A DNA stretch of 62,269 nucleotides. It comes from a virus (taxonomy: Duplodnaviria; Caudoviricetes). Location: IMG/VR virus record IMGVR_UViG_3300032332_001372, positions 1 to 62,269 of that record, one strand, 5' to 3'. Positions 16,521-25,834 of the stretch are shown in pieces. The notes beneath the pieces are model-generated. The model worked only from the letters and a program-made list of their open reading frames with translations. It had not been told where the DNA came from and made no database searches. A program made the translations under genes and the position numbers. The stretch's first letter is position 1. Every line of letters starts with the position of its first letter.

Positions 16521-18809
16521 ATGGCTGACAATACTTTCACTCCTCCAGAGGGAGTTCGTTCCGCTGCAAAGCGGGCGCTAAAGTGGATTGCAGACGGCAA
16601 GGCTGGTAGCGGCTTTACCTCCGTAGGACACACCAGAGCCACACAATTAGCCAATGGCGAAAACATCTCGCTTGAAACTTTGAACAGAATGAAGTCTTTC
16701 TTTTCGCGCCATGAGGTTGATAAAAAGGCTACTGGATTTAATGAGGGAGAACAAGGTTTTCCTTCTCATGGAAGAGTTGCCTGGGATGCCTGGGGCGGTA
16801 ATGCTGGATTTGCCTGGGCTAAATCAAAAGTTGGGGAAACAGAAAAATCCATTAATAAAAGTGCAGATATTGCTCCTCGCTTGGTTGAACTCAGCGTCGA
16901 TAAATTGCGTTCGCTCCATGAGCGTTTACATAAATCCAGCCCAACCGCATCAACCCTAGAAGTCCATCATTTAACTACAACTGAAATGGCTCGCCGCGGT
17001 ATGGAGTTGCCAGTAAACGACGAATGGCAAAATGTCCGTATTCAGATTGATTATTTTAAAGATGTAGACCTCAAATCTTTTGCTTCAACTTTACCCACAG
17101 GACAAATTGAAGATGTAATTAAGGCAACTGGAACTAGCGTTGCTGATGTCAGAGTTGTTTTAACCTCTATTGGCTATGCCATGGAGATTGCCCCAAATGA
17201 TGTAGTTGCAAAAATGATTAAACATCAAAAAGATAAATGGGTTGTTTATGATTCAACAGGAACTCATGCTTTTGGAACATACGATACAAAAGAAGAAGCA
17301 ATGGACCGCATTGCTGAAATGGAATATTTTAAAAAACACCTTCAAGGTCAGCATGACCAAAAAACCCACGCTCCTATTTGGACAAGAAATCTTGTAGATG
17401 CAATAGAAGCGGGAGAACACCCAGAAGTAGAGCCAGAAAATATTTCTGCAATGCTCAAAGGAATGAGTAAATTAACAACCCATCCAGACATTACGGAAGT
17501 AAGCGTAAAAGGACATTTGCTTTTTGGCGGCGAAGGAATGGGTATTGCCCGCAAAGATATGCCCCAGATTCCAAGCAGGGAAAGAGATAGATTTCTTTCA
17601 GAAATTGAAAAAACAGATGGCGTTACTTTTGATAAAGAAAAGGTGGACCCTACAACTTTGAAACCAATTCAAAAAGAAATTTCTGGTTCTCGGGCTGGCG
17701 CTATTTATAATAAATTTGCGGAAGATGGAGGAATTCCAAAAAATGAACGAATTCTTATTTCCTCCGACGGCTTTGTTGTAGACGGTCACCATACATGGGC
17801 AGCATCAGTTGGATTTGCATTTGACAAACCAGGAACAGAAATCCCAGTTTATCGTTTGTCAATTACTGGTAAGGAAGCCTTAAAGATTTCAAATGATTGG
17901 GCAAAAGCAAACGGATTTGAAGGTCAAGCGATTGACGCCAAGGTTAAAAAATCTTTATATCTTTTAGAACCTATGGAAAAGTTTAATCCTCACCATGATG
18001 AAATTGGAAGATTTACAACTGCAACTGGTGGCGGTTCTAGTGGTGCAACCGTAACAGGAAATACGCAAGATGGTTCTCAAGTTGTAAACGGAATTAAAGT
18101 TCCACCCCTTGCTAAAGAACCTGAAATTAAAGCACACAATCCAGTTGCGCTTGCCAAAGCAAAAGAAATTAATGAAACTGCAAAAAGAGTTGAACCAGCA
18201 ATTACTGGATTAATTACTGCAATTGCTCAACGAAGTGGCGGAGAATTTGTTCAGTTAGACCAGAGGATTAAATCAACTGAAGCGTTGGCTGGAAAAATTG
18301 AACGCGAGGCTGTATCCGAACACGGTGGGGACCTTGATAAAGCAGCAGCGGGTATTTCTGATGCCGTCCGTTACACACTTAAAGTTCCGCAATCTGAATA
18401 TACGGCTTCTTTTGATTCAACAATTAAAGTTTTACAAGATGCAGGTTTTACAACAATCCGACCAAAAAACTTTTGGCAATCAGGCGACCCTTATGATGGC
18501 GCTAATATCAAAGGAATCAAAAACGGAATTCAAATTGAAGTCCAATTACACACCCCTGAATCTTTTGCCATGAAAAAGCGTATACACGGGTATTACGAGG
18601 CTTACAGAAAATCCCCAAACGATACGACCCGCAAGAGGATGTGGACTCGCATGGTCAATATTGCTAAAACATTAGAAAAACCAGCCAACTATTCAACTTT
18701 GCTGGGCATCGGAACCCTTGTTTTACAACAATTCCAAACAGCCCAAGAAGTGGGTTTGGTAAAATCAACTAGGGTTGATATACTAAACCTTAATAAGAGA
18801 GAGGGGTAA
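16521..18809 (+). CDS. Polyprotein: head-associated small domains, ParB/Srx-like domain, RelA/SpoT-like (small alarmone synthetase-type) nucleotidyltransferase
   Basis: LKPIQKEI...DGFVVDGHHTW; RIKSTEAL..KI, DAVRYT, KNFW..GDPYDG, IEVQLHT. Confidence 0.8.
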   Translation: MADNTFTPPEGVRSAAKRALKWIADGKAGSGFTSVGHTRATQLANGENISLETLNRMKSFFSRHEVDKKATGFNEGEQGFPSHGRVAWDAWGGNAGFAWAKSKVGETEKSINKSADIAPRLVELSVDKLRSLHERLHKSSPTASTLEVHHLTTTEMARRGMELPVNDEWQNVRIQIDYFKDVDLKSFASTLPTGQIEDVIKATGTSVADVRVVLTSIGYAMEIAPNDVVAKMIKHQKDKWVVYDSTGTHAFGTYDTKEEAMDRIAEMEYFKKHLQGQHDQKTHAPIWTRNLVDAIEAGEHPEVEPENISAMLKGMSKLTTHPDITEVSVKGHLLFGGEGMGIARKDMPQIPSRERDRFLSEIEKTDGVTFDKEKVDPTTLKPIQKEISGSRAGAIYNKFAEDGGIPKNERILISSDGFVVDGHHTWAASVGFAFDKPGTEIPVYRLSITGKEALKISNDWAKANGFEGQAIDAKVKKSLYLLEPMEKFNPHHDEIGRFTTATGGGSSGATVTGNTQDGSQVVNGIKVPPLAKEPEIKAHNPVALAKAKEINETAKRVEPAITGLITAIAQRSGGEFVQLDQRIKSTEALAGKIEREAVSEHGGDLDKAAAGISDAVRYTLKVPQSEYTASFDSTIKVLQDAGFTTIRPKNFWQSGDPYDGANIKGIKNGIQIEVQLHTPESFAMKKRIHGYYEAYRKSPNDTTRKRMWTRMVNIAKTLEKPANYSTLLGIGTLVLQQFQTAQEVGLVKSTRVDILNLNKREG

Positions 18810-18811
18810 AA

Positions 18812-19546
18812 ATGAGATATTTCATACTTATGAGTATGGGCAAACCCATTAATTTACGCCGCTGGACACCTGAAACTGAAGAGCGATGGCAGGACGGAAA
18901 ATGGGTTCCAAGCGATGTAATCGGAGCATACTTAGCATTAGGCGAAGGCGATTACGATGAAATTACTACGGAATTAGCAATTGCTACATTTCCTGATGCT
19001 TTTGGCGATTTAACAAAGTCAATCGGAGCCTACGAAGTTTCCAAGGCTGAGGATATGAAGCGCTACACATTAGGCGCCATGTATATCCCAGACCGTTTAG
19101 ATGCTCATAGTGAGTGGACATCTGCTGATGAATTACAGCAAGCCGTGTGGACATATGTTCGCTCAGGTGACCGAAATATCCGCCTTCAACATAATCGAGA
19201 AATCGTTGCAGGTGAATGGGTCGAAGTTATGGCTTTCCCTTATGAATTAACAGTTCCAGTTCAACAAGCCGATGGGTCAAAACAATCACATACATATCCA
19301 GCAAATACAGTTTTTCTTGGAGTTGTTTGGGAACCGTGGGCATGGGAACTTGTCCAAAGCGGAAAAATTCTTGGTTACTCAATTGGAGGTAAGGCTGAAC
19401 GCCTTTATGTCGATATGGAAGAAGTTATCAAGGAGGACCCAACTTCTGATGGTCCCTTAGCCTCAGATGTTCATGTTGATACAATAATCAGTCAGCAGAA
19501 AAAAAAGAAACTTCCAAAGATTTTAGTTGAGGATAACAATGTCTAA
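18812..19546 (+). CDS. XkdF-like prohead serine protease with an extra ~65 aa N-terminal domain
   Basis: YIPDRLDAHSEW, LQH, W.LVQSGKILGYSIGG. Confidence 0.8.
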   Translation: MRYFILMSMGKPINLRRWTPETEERWQDGKWVPSDVIGAYLALGEGDYDEITTELAIATFPDAFGDLTKSIGAYEVSKAEDMKRYTLGAMYIPDRLDAHSEWTSADELQQAVWTYVRSGDRNIRLQHNREIVAGEWVEVMAFPYELTVPVQQADGSKQSHTYPANTVFLGVVWEPWAWELVQSGKILGYSIGGKAERLYVDMEEVIKEDPTSDGPLASDVHVDTIISQQKKKKLPKILVEDNNV

Positions 19547-20105
19547 AAAAGAAGGTATTTCAGTTGGCGATATGGTCGGCTGGAATTCTTCAGGCGGTCA
19601 TGCCATGGGCAGGGTCGAACACATTATGCGGGACGGTGTTTTAGGAATCCCTGATTCAAAGTTTAAAATAAATGCTTCGAAAGAGGACCCTGCTGTATTA
19701 ATCAGAATTTATCGTAATGGTGAAGAAACTGAAACTTTAGTCGGTCACAAAATGTCCACATTGTCTGGAACTGTCAAAAAATATAATCGCCACCATGATG
19801 ATATTGGTCGTTTCTCTTCTGGTGTGGAAGGAACTGGCATTGGCATAAACGGCGATGACAATATGGATGCCATGGATATGATGGACATTAATCGCCCGCC
19901 TCGCTCAAAGCGTCAATTGACTGCATCTGAAAGAAAACTTCTTAATAGAATTACATCTGGCGCAACAAATTATGTTTTGCGTCCTGGTGATAACCGCGGT
20001 GTTTATAATCTTCCTTTTTCAACTGGACCAAAATTAAACGGTGGTATTACTGGATATGTTCCAAATTCAGGAGTAACTGGACAGCCAGGAGCGGGTGGTA
20101 TGTGA
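19539..20105 (+). CDS. Tudor/SH3-like (HVA1/DUF2945-like) domain, HHDxIGRF tag, low-complexity tail
   Basis: ISVGDMVGWNSSGG...VGHKMSTL; RBS GAGGA before ATG 19539. Confidence 0.65.
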   Translation: MSKKEGISVGDMVGWNSSGGHAMGRVEHIMRDGVLGIPDSKFKINASKEDPAVLIRIYRNGEETETLVGHKMSTLSGTVKKYNRHHDDIGRFSSGVEGTGIGINGDDNMDAMDMMDINRPPRSKRQLTASERKLLNRITSGATNYVLRPGDNRGVYNLPFSTGPKLNGGITGYVPNSGVTGQPGAGGM

Positions 20106-20368
20106 ATACCATCATTGAAACTACTCAAGAAATAATGCAGGGTTTAGGACTTCAAGCAACTCGCGTTTCAACCCCTCCTGGATATGCTGGACTATCAATT
20201 GAATTACCAAATGATTCCCAGGCATTTTTTATCTGGACCAAGATGGATGAGAACGACTACCATTTTAGAATTGCTAGATTTTGGACTAAAGACAATCCTT
20301 TCGCAATGTTTATATGCCCTGATTTAACTAGCGCCGTTGCAAAAACAAAGGTTTTAATAAACCTGTAA
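20102..20368 (+). CDS. Hypothetical protein
   Basis: 88 aa, GTGA overlap. Confidence 0.7.
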   Translation: MNTIIETTQEIMQGLGLQATRVSTPPGYAGLSIELPNDSQAFFIWTKMDENDYHFRIARFWTKDNPFAMFICPDLTSAVAKTKVLINL

Positions 20369-20468
20369 AAAAGTTACATTTTGGACATATGGTATTCTCA
20401 TCCTGTCAAGACCCGAGGTTTTCCAACAGTCCATACTGTAAAGGGAGCCTCTTTTCGATAGGAGTCAC

Positions 20469-21242
20469 ATGGCTGGTCGCGCTCGCAAAATGGTGAATCT
20501 TGCCATTGAAGAAACAAGTGGGGTAGACCATCCCGCACACCTACACGAAGGTTGGCTGGTTATGAAATCTGCCGACGAATCTGAAGTTCAGAGTGTCTTA
20601 GACGAAACGCTCACCGAGGAGGACTCCAACATGGAGGATGTAACTACCGCGGCTGTTGAAGAGCAGGTCGAAAAGGCTGACATGACTATCGAAGAAGCAA
20701 TGAAGAAAATTGCAGAACTTGAAGCCAAGTTAGCAGAATCCAAATCTGAAGATGCGGCTGAACCAGCAATGGCTAAGTCGGTTTCAGAGGAATTCTTGAA
20801 GTCCGCTCCTGAGCCAGTCGTCAAAATGATTGAAGATTTGAAGAAAGCAGCAAGCGATGCAATCGCAGAACTCCAGAAGGAGCGCGATGCAACAGCAGAT
20901 GCAGAAGCAGTTGAAAAGGCAAAGGGATGGGCAAACCTTTCTCTTGATGCCGAAAAAGTTGGTCCAGCGCTTCGTCGTTTGGCAACAATTGATGCAGAAC
21001 TAGCAAAGTCAGTAGAAGAAGTTCTAACTGCAACTAACGCAAAGGCTGAATCAGCAGATATTTTTGCGGAAATCGGCAAATCCGCAGATTTCAAGAGCGG
21101 TGATGCTTACAGTCGTATGACTGCCATGGCAAAGTCTGCTGTTGAAGAGGGTGTTGCAAAGTCATTCGAGAACGCTCTCGCTGACATTGCTGTAAGCAAC
21201 CCTGACCTTTACAGCCAATACCTATCCGAGAAAGGTGCCTAA
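20469..21242 (+). CDS. Capsid scaffolding protein
   Basis: ETSGVDHPA N-terminus, acidic coiled-coil, many xK-S/A sites; upstream of capsid genes. Confidence 0.75.
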   Translation: MAGRARKMVNLAIEETSGVDHPAHLHEGWLVMKSADESEVQSVLDETLTEEDSNMEDVTTAAVEEQVEKADMTIEEAMKKIAELEAKLAESKSEDAAEPAMAKSVSEEFLKSAPEPVVKMIEDLKKAASDAIAELQKERDATADAEAVEKAKGWANLSLDAEKVGPALRRLATIDAELAKSVEEVLTATNAKAESADIFAEIGKSADFKSGDAYSRMTAMAKSAVEEGVAKSFENALADIAVSNPDLYSQYLSEKGA

Positions 21243-21247
21243 TTACC

Positions 21248-21640
21248 ATGGCATATGAATTCAGTAATTACTCGGTAAAGGTCACCCTCGTAGCAGGTGC
21301 AGACCTTTCCGCAAAGCAATACAACTTCGTTAAGTTGAACTCTTCAGGTCAAGCAATCGCGGTTGCTGCCGATACCGATGTCCCAATCGGAGTTCTACAG
21401 AACGCACCAACTTCAGGTCAAGAAGCCGAAGTTCTTATCGTTGGCGGAACAAAGATTGTTGCTGGTGCAGCAATCACACTTCCATCTGCAATTGGAACAG
21501 GCTCAACAGGTAAGGCAGTTGCCCTTGCTACTACAGATACAACAAAGTATGTAGTTGGAACTCTTATTTCCGCTTCTGCTGCTGATGCAAATGTTGTGAC
21601 CGCTGTTATTAACTGCGCAAACGCAACTAGAGCGAACTAA
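21248..21640 (+). CDS. Capsid decoration/cement protein (DUF2190-like)
   Basis: AGADLS...PIGVLQN; between scaffold and major capsid gene. Confidence 0.75.
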   Translation: MAYEFSNYSVKVTLVAGADLSAKQYNFVKLNSSGQAIAVAADTDVPIGVLQNAPTSGQEAEVLIVGGTKIVAGAAITLPSAIGTGSTGKAVALATTDTTKYVVGTLISASAADANVVTAVINCANATRAN

Positions 21641-21654
21641 GGAGCAAATAAAAA

Positions 21655-22632
21655 ATGCCACAACCAAATATCAATAGCGTCCACATTGACGCAATTCTTA
21701 CAAACATTTCTGTTGCTTACCTTCAGAATCAAGACAACTTCATCGCTGACAAGGTATTCCCAGTAATCCCTGTCGATAAGCGTTCAAATAAGTATTTCAC
21801 TTATGACAAGAACGACTGGTTCCGTGACGAGGCTCAACGCCGCGCTCCTGGAACAGAGTCCGCTGGTGGAGGATATTCTCTTTCAACTGCAACATACTCA
21901 GCAGATGTTTTTGCTTTCCACAAAGATGTCGATGACCAAACAATGGCTAACGCAGATACACCTTTGAACCCTCTTCGTGAGGCAACAGAGTTCGTAACTC
22001 GCCGCCTAATGCTTCGTCGTGAACTTCAATTCGTATCTGATTTCTTCACAACAAGCGTATGGGGAACAGACATCACAGGTGTTTCAGGAACTCCATCAAC
22101 AAACCAAGTAAAGCAATGGTCAGACTACACAGCATCAGACCCAATCAATGACATCGAAAACGGTAAGTCAGGCATCCTTTCTGTAACAGGTATGGAAGCA
22201 AACACACTCGTTCTCGGATACGAAGTATTCAAGGCTCTAAAGAACCATCCAGACCTTGTGGACCGTATCAAATACACATCTTCACAGACAATCACAACAG
22301 ATATGCTTGCGGCAATGTTTGACATTCCACGCGTTATCGTTGCCAAGGCTGTAAAGGCAACAAACAACGAAGGCGCAACAGGTGCATATGGTTTTGCATT
22401 TGGTAAGTCAGCACTTCTTTGCCATGTTGCTGCAAACCCAGGTCTGCTAACACCTTCAGCGGGTTACACATTCGCATGGACAGGCGTTTCAGGCGGACTT
22501 GGCGCAACCATTGGAACTTCACAGTTCCGTATGGAATCAATCAAGTCAGACCGCATTGAAGCGGAAATGGCATTTGATAACAAGGTAGTAGCGAGTGACC
22601 TCGGTTACTTCTGGACCTCAATCGTCGCTTAA
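21655..22632 (+). CDS. Major capsid protein
   Basis: 325 aa; LTNISVAY..FIADKVFP; followed by terminator. Confidence 0.9.
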   Translation: MPQPNINSVHIDAILTNISVAYLQNQDNFIADKVFPVIPVDKRSNKYFTYDKNDWFRDEAQRRAPGTESAGGGYSLSTATYSADVFAFHKDVDDQTMANADTPLNPLREATEFVTRRLMLRRELQFVSDFFTTSVWGTDITGVSGTPSTNQVKQWSDYTASDPINDIENGKSGILSVTGMEANTLVLGYEVFKALKNHPDLVDRIKYTSSQTITTDMLAAMFDIPRVIVAKAVKATNNEGATGAYGFAFGKSALLCHVAANPGLLTPSAGYTFAWTGVSGGLGATIGTSQFRMESIKSDRIEAEMAFDNKVVASDLGYFWTSIVA

Positions 22633-22643
22633 TTAAGTTGAGT

Positions 22644-22682
22644 GAGGGGGAGGGTCTGTAAAGGCTCTCCCCTTCCTTCTTA
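22644..22682 (+). terminator. Terminator-like hairpin after capsid gene
   Basis: gagggggagggtct-gtaa-aggctctccccttc. Confidence 0.6.
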
Positions 22683-22697
22683 GAAAAGGAATTTAAA

Positions 22698-23120
22698 ATG
22701 GGTTCAAATCCAAATCGTCTTACCAAGGGTGACGCAATTGTTGGTCAGATTATGGCGACAGATGCACAGTTCACAGGAACAATAGCGCTTTCTACAACTG
22801 TAGATAATATTGCCGATGGAGCCTCAATGGTTGCATCAGCAGCAAATATCATCACCAGCAAAATCATTACATCAACACCAACAACTACTCGTAACCTTAC
22901 AACAGATACAGCAGCAGCAATTATTGCTTTGACACCTGGAGTAGTTGGACAGGCTTATGAATTTACAATTATTAACTTGTCTGCATCAGCAGCAGCCATC
23001 ACTCTTGTGGGTGGCACAGGCGTAACAATTGTAGGTTCAGCAAATATTGCTTCGGCATCATCAGCAAATTTCTTTGCCCGTGTTGCAACATCATCAACAG
23101 TAGTTATTTACCGTCGATAG
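22698..23120 (+). CDS. Putative virion structural protein
   Basis: Thr/Ala-rich beta protein after capsid gene. Confidence 0.7.
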   Translation: MGSNPNRLTKGDAIVGQIMATDAQFTGTIALSTTVDNIADGASMVASAANIITSKIITSTPTTTRNLTTDTAAAIIALTPGVVGQAYEFTIINLSASAAAITLVGGTGVTIVGSANIASASSANFFARVATSSTVVIYRR

Positions 23121-23121
23121 C

Positions 23122-23307
23122 ATGAAGCATTTTATTCTCAAGAACTTTGTATCTAATGGCAAAAACCTTAAATACGGAGATATTGTTGATACATCCGACT
23201 GGATGCACATTAAGAACCTTGAGGCAATGCGCTATATCCGTCCTCTCACCGAGTCGGAAGAATCAACACCCAAGGTGACAAAGAAAACAAAAGTCGCCGC
23301 CGAATAA
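23122..23307 (+). CDS. Small hypothetical protein
   Basis: 61 aa in head operon. Confidence 0.65.
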   Translation: MKHFILKNFVSNGKNLKYGDIVDTSDWMHIKNLEAMRYIRPLTESEESTPKVTKKTKVAAE

Positions 23308-23313
23308 TCGGTT

Positions 23314-23351
23314 GGGGGGCGATTCAGTAAAATGAGTCGTCCCCCTTTTTC
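23314..23351 (+). terminator. Intrinsic terminator
   Basis: ggggggcgattca/tgagtcgtccccc followed by T run. Confidence 0.75.
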
Positions 23352-23364
23352 ATAGGAGCATTAA

Positions 23365-23634
23365 ATGGCATTAGCACATGAACGCGTAACCGTTGCTTCA
23401 ACAGCAACCCTTCTTTCTTCTGGCGCTGCTGGTAGAGATGGTCAATCGCTTCTAATTCAAAATCCAAGCACAAGCCCTGTTTTATACATTGGTGGTGCTG
23501 GAGTGACAACTACTAATTATGGCTATCTTCTTGTTTCAGGCGGGGAAATGTCCATAGAACTTCAAAACGGAGAAAGTCTTTACGGAGTTGTTGCTTCAAC
23601 TAGCATAGTAAATATTATTCGCCAAGGAGTCTAA
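23365..23634 (+). CDS. Putative structural protein
   Basis: RBS; beta-rich, 89 aa. Confidence 0.7.
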   Translation: MALAHERVTVASTATLLSSGAAGRDGQSLLIQNPSTSPVLYIGGAGVTTTNYGYLLVSGGEMSIELQNGESLYGVVASTSIVNIIRQGV

Positions 23635-23635
23635 A

Positions 23636-24181
23636 ATGGCTTTGCCAGCATCACTTTCAACAGCAACCGTAACTGGAACCTATGTAAGTATTCTTGGCAA
23701 CCCTATAAGCGGCTCAATTACTTTTCAGCCGCAAACAATTCTTAAAGAAACAAACGCAAATGTAATTATTATGCCGACATACATAACAAAAACATTTGAC
23801 GCAAATGGCACATTTACAGTTGTTTTACCATGCACAAATGACACAGATATATCTCCTCAGCCTTATGCTTACACGGTAGTTGAAAACTTTACCAATGGTA
23901 GAACTTTTCAAATGACCTTGCCTTTGAGCCAGGCTGGTCTAACTGTAAATATGGCAGATATTCTTCCAGCGCTTTCAAGCACAAGTGCAGGTTCATATAC
24001 AACAATTGACCAGTATTCAGCCCTAAAAATTAGAGTTGATACTCAAGCCGCTGTGCCAAATACGGTTTTAAACTCTTACACATTAGCCCAGACTGCCGCC
24101 GCTTCTGAAGCAAGCGCTTTGGCTGCTTATAATGGATTAGAGTCATACCAAATTTTTGAAACTATGTTGATGGGGTCATAA
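23636..24181 (+). CDS. Putative structural protein (paralog of 24384)
   Basis: MALPASLSTATVTGTY...LPCTND..P. Confidence 0.75.
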   Translation: MALPASLSTATVTGTYVSILGNPISGSITFQPQTILKETNANVIIMPTYITKTFDANGTFTVVLPCTNDTDISPQPYAYTVVENFTNGRTFQMTLPLSQAGLTVNMADILPALSSTSAGSYTTIDQYSALKIRVDTQAAVPNTVLNSYTLAQTAAASEASALAAYNGLESYQIFETMLMGS

Positions 24182-24381
24182 TGCCTGCTGCCGAACCGTA
24201 TGTCCCGATTGCAACCTACACATCAGTAGAAGCAAACTTTGCACTTATTGAAACATCGTTGGCAACCCTTAAAATATCTACAGATAATTTAACCACCGCG
24301 GTAAATTCAGCGGCTTCTAACGCTGCCCTTGCTTCAAGTTATGCAGCAGTTCTTCCTAGCAATTTTATGGTTATTGGGTAA
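24181..24381 (+). CDS. Small putative structural protein
   Basis: Translationally coupled ORF. Confidence 0.65.
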   Translation: MPAAEPYVPIATYTSVEANFALIETSLATLKISTDNLTTAVNSAASNAALASSYAAVLPSNFMVIG

Positions 24382-24383
24382 TT

Positions 24384-25064
24384 ATGGCACTAGCAGCAAG
24401 TTTAACTACGGTTACCGTCAGCGGAACATATGTAGATTTTGAAGGCGTTCCTATTGAGGGTCAGATACGATTTTCAACCACGGATGTATTAAGAAACGGA
24501 ACTGATGACCAATTGGTTGCACCAACTACGGTTGTGGTTCCTTTGGTAAACGGTTCATTTTCGGTCACTTTGCCTGCAACAAATGACCCAGACATCTTTC
24601 CAAATCCTTTTGTTTACACCGTAGAAGAATCTTTTTCTAACGGACGGGTTTATACAATCACCCTTCCCTATACCTCTTCTGGAACTTTAGATTTAGCAGA
24701 TTTAAGTCCTGGTCCAACTCTTTCAACCAATTATGTTGGTCTAATTGACTCTGTAACCTGGGCGGCATTAGTTGCAGATATTGATGCTCTTGATGTTGCA
24801 GTCAATCAAACAACAGGAAAAGTAATTGCTCAAACATATTGGCTTATCCCATATACCTACGCCACCTACACGGCTTTTAACGCCGCTTATGCCACTTACA
24901 CGGCTATGAACGCAGCCAATTACGAGATTGGTTCTTCGGAAATTTCTTCAATTACTAGCGCGGCTACAACCTCTGCTACTAATGCACTAAACTATGCCAA
25001 CCTAACAGCATCTAGGGCGGCTGCTACTATTAACCCATTGATGCTCTTAGGAGGAACTGATTAA
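24384..25064 (+). CDS. Putative structural protein (paralog of 23636)
   Basis: MALAASLTTVTVSGTY...LPATND. Confidence 0.75.
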   Translation: MALAASLTTVTVSGTYVDFEGVPIEGQIRFSTTDVLRNGTDDQLVAPTTVVVPLVNGSFSVTLPATNDPDIFPNPFVYTVEESFSNGRVYTITLPYTSSGTLDLADLSPGPTLSTNYVGLIDSVTWAALVADIDALDVAVNQTTGKVIAQTYWLIPYTYATYTAFNAAYATYTAMNAANYEIGSSEISSITSAATTSATNALNYANLTASRAAATINPLMLLGGTD

Positions 25065-25394
25065 ATGGCAACAACATATAAAACGCTGGGTCAAATTGCA
25101 CCAGCCGCTACTACCCTAACCACCCTTTATACGGTCCCAGCATCGACTTCTGCTGTTGTATCAAGTATTGTTGTGGCAAATCAGGCTGCAACGACAGCAA
25201 CTTATCGCATTGCTGTGCGCTTAGGTGGAACTTCCATTGACCCAAAACAATACCTAGTTTACGACGCAGTTCTTGCAGGAAACACATCAATTGCCTATAC
25301 CCTTGGTATTACTTTGGCTACAACAGATGTGATTAGCGTTTATTCTTCTTCAACAACTGTTTCATTTCAAGCATTTGGAAGCGAGATTGCCTAA
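25065..25394 (+). CDS. Putative structural protein (paralog of 25835)
   Basis: TTLYTVPAST..VSSIVVAN...FGSEI. Confidence 0.75.
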   Translation: MATTYKTLGQIAPAATTLTTLYTVPASTSAVVSSIVVANQAATTATYRIAVRLGGTSIDPKQYLVYDAVLAGNTSIAYTLGITLATTDVISVYSSSTTVSFQAFGSEIA

Positions 25395-25831
25395 TGTCCA
25401 TTGCTAGTAGTTCCATTGCGGGAGTAGATGTAACCTCTACAAGTGCTACAACTCTCTCCAATAAAACAATTTCTTTTGGGTCAAATACCGTTACTGGAAC
25501 CACGGCTCAATTCAATACCGCATTAACTGATAACGATTTTGCAACTATTGCGGGCGCGGAAAACTTAACTAGCAAGACACTTACCGCTCCTATAATTACT
25601 TCTGCTGGAATCACTTTAAATGGTTCTACGGGAACAACAATTCTGGCTGCCTCTTCAACAGCAAGCGGAACACTTACGCTACCCGCAGCAACAGACACAA
25701 TTGCAGTTTTAGCAGCAGCACAAACATTTACAAATAAAACTGTAAATGGTCCAGCGTTCAACCAAACAGGAACCAACTCCGTAGGTTCTTTACCTGATAA
25801 AATCGGATTACTCTTGATGGGAGCAATATAA
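25394..25831 (+). CDS. Fibre-like protein with TLxNKT repeats
   Basis: TLSNKT, NLTSKT, TFTNKT. Confidence 0.7.
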   Translation: MSIASSSIAGVDVTSTSATTLSNKTISFGSNTVTGTTAQFNTALTDNDFATIAGAENLTSKTLTAPIITSAGITLNGSTGTTILAASSTASGTLTLPAATDTIAVLAAAQTFTNKTVNGPAFNQTGTNSVGSLPDKIGLLLMGAI

Positions 25832-25834
25832 AAA

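Noticed and set aside
12961-19814. Tag repeats as a CRISPR array, DGR template/variable repeats or inteins
   Set aside because: They are in-frame coding, degenerate at synonymous sites and separated by whole domains; no cas or reverse transcriptase genes and no intein motifs
20405-20460. Hairpin in the scaffold leader as a riboswitch
   Set aside because: Imperfect stem with no recognisable aptamer; insufficient support
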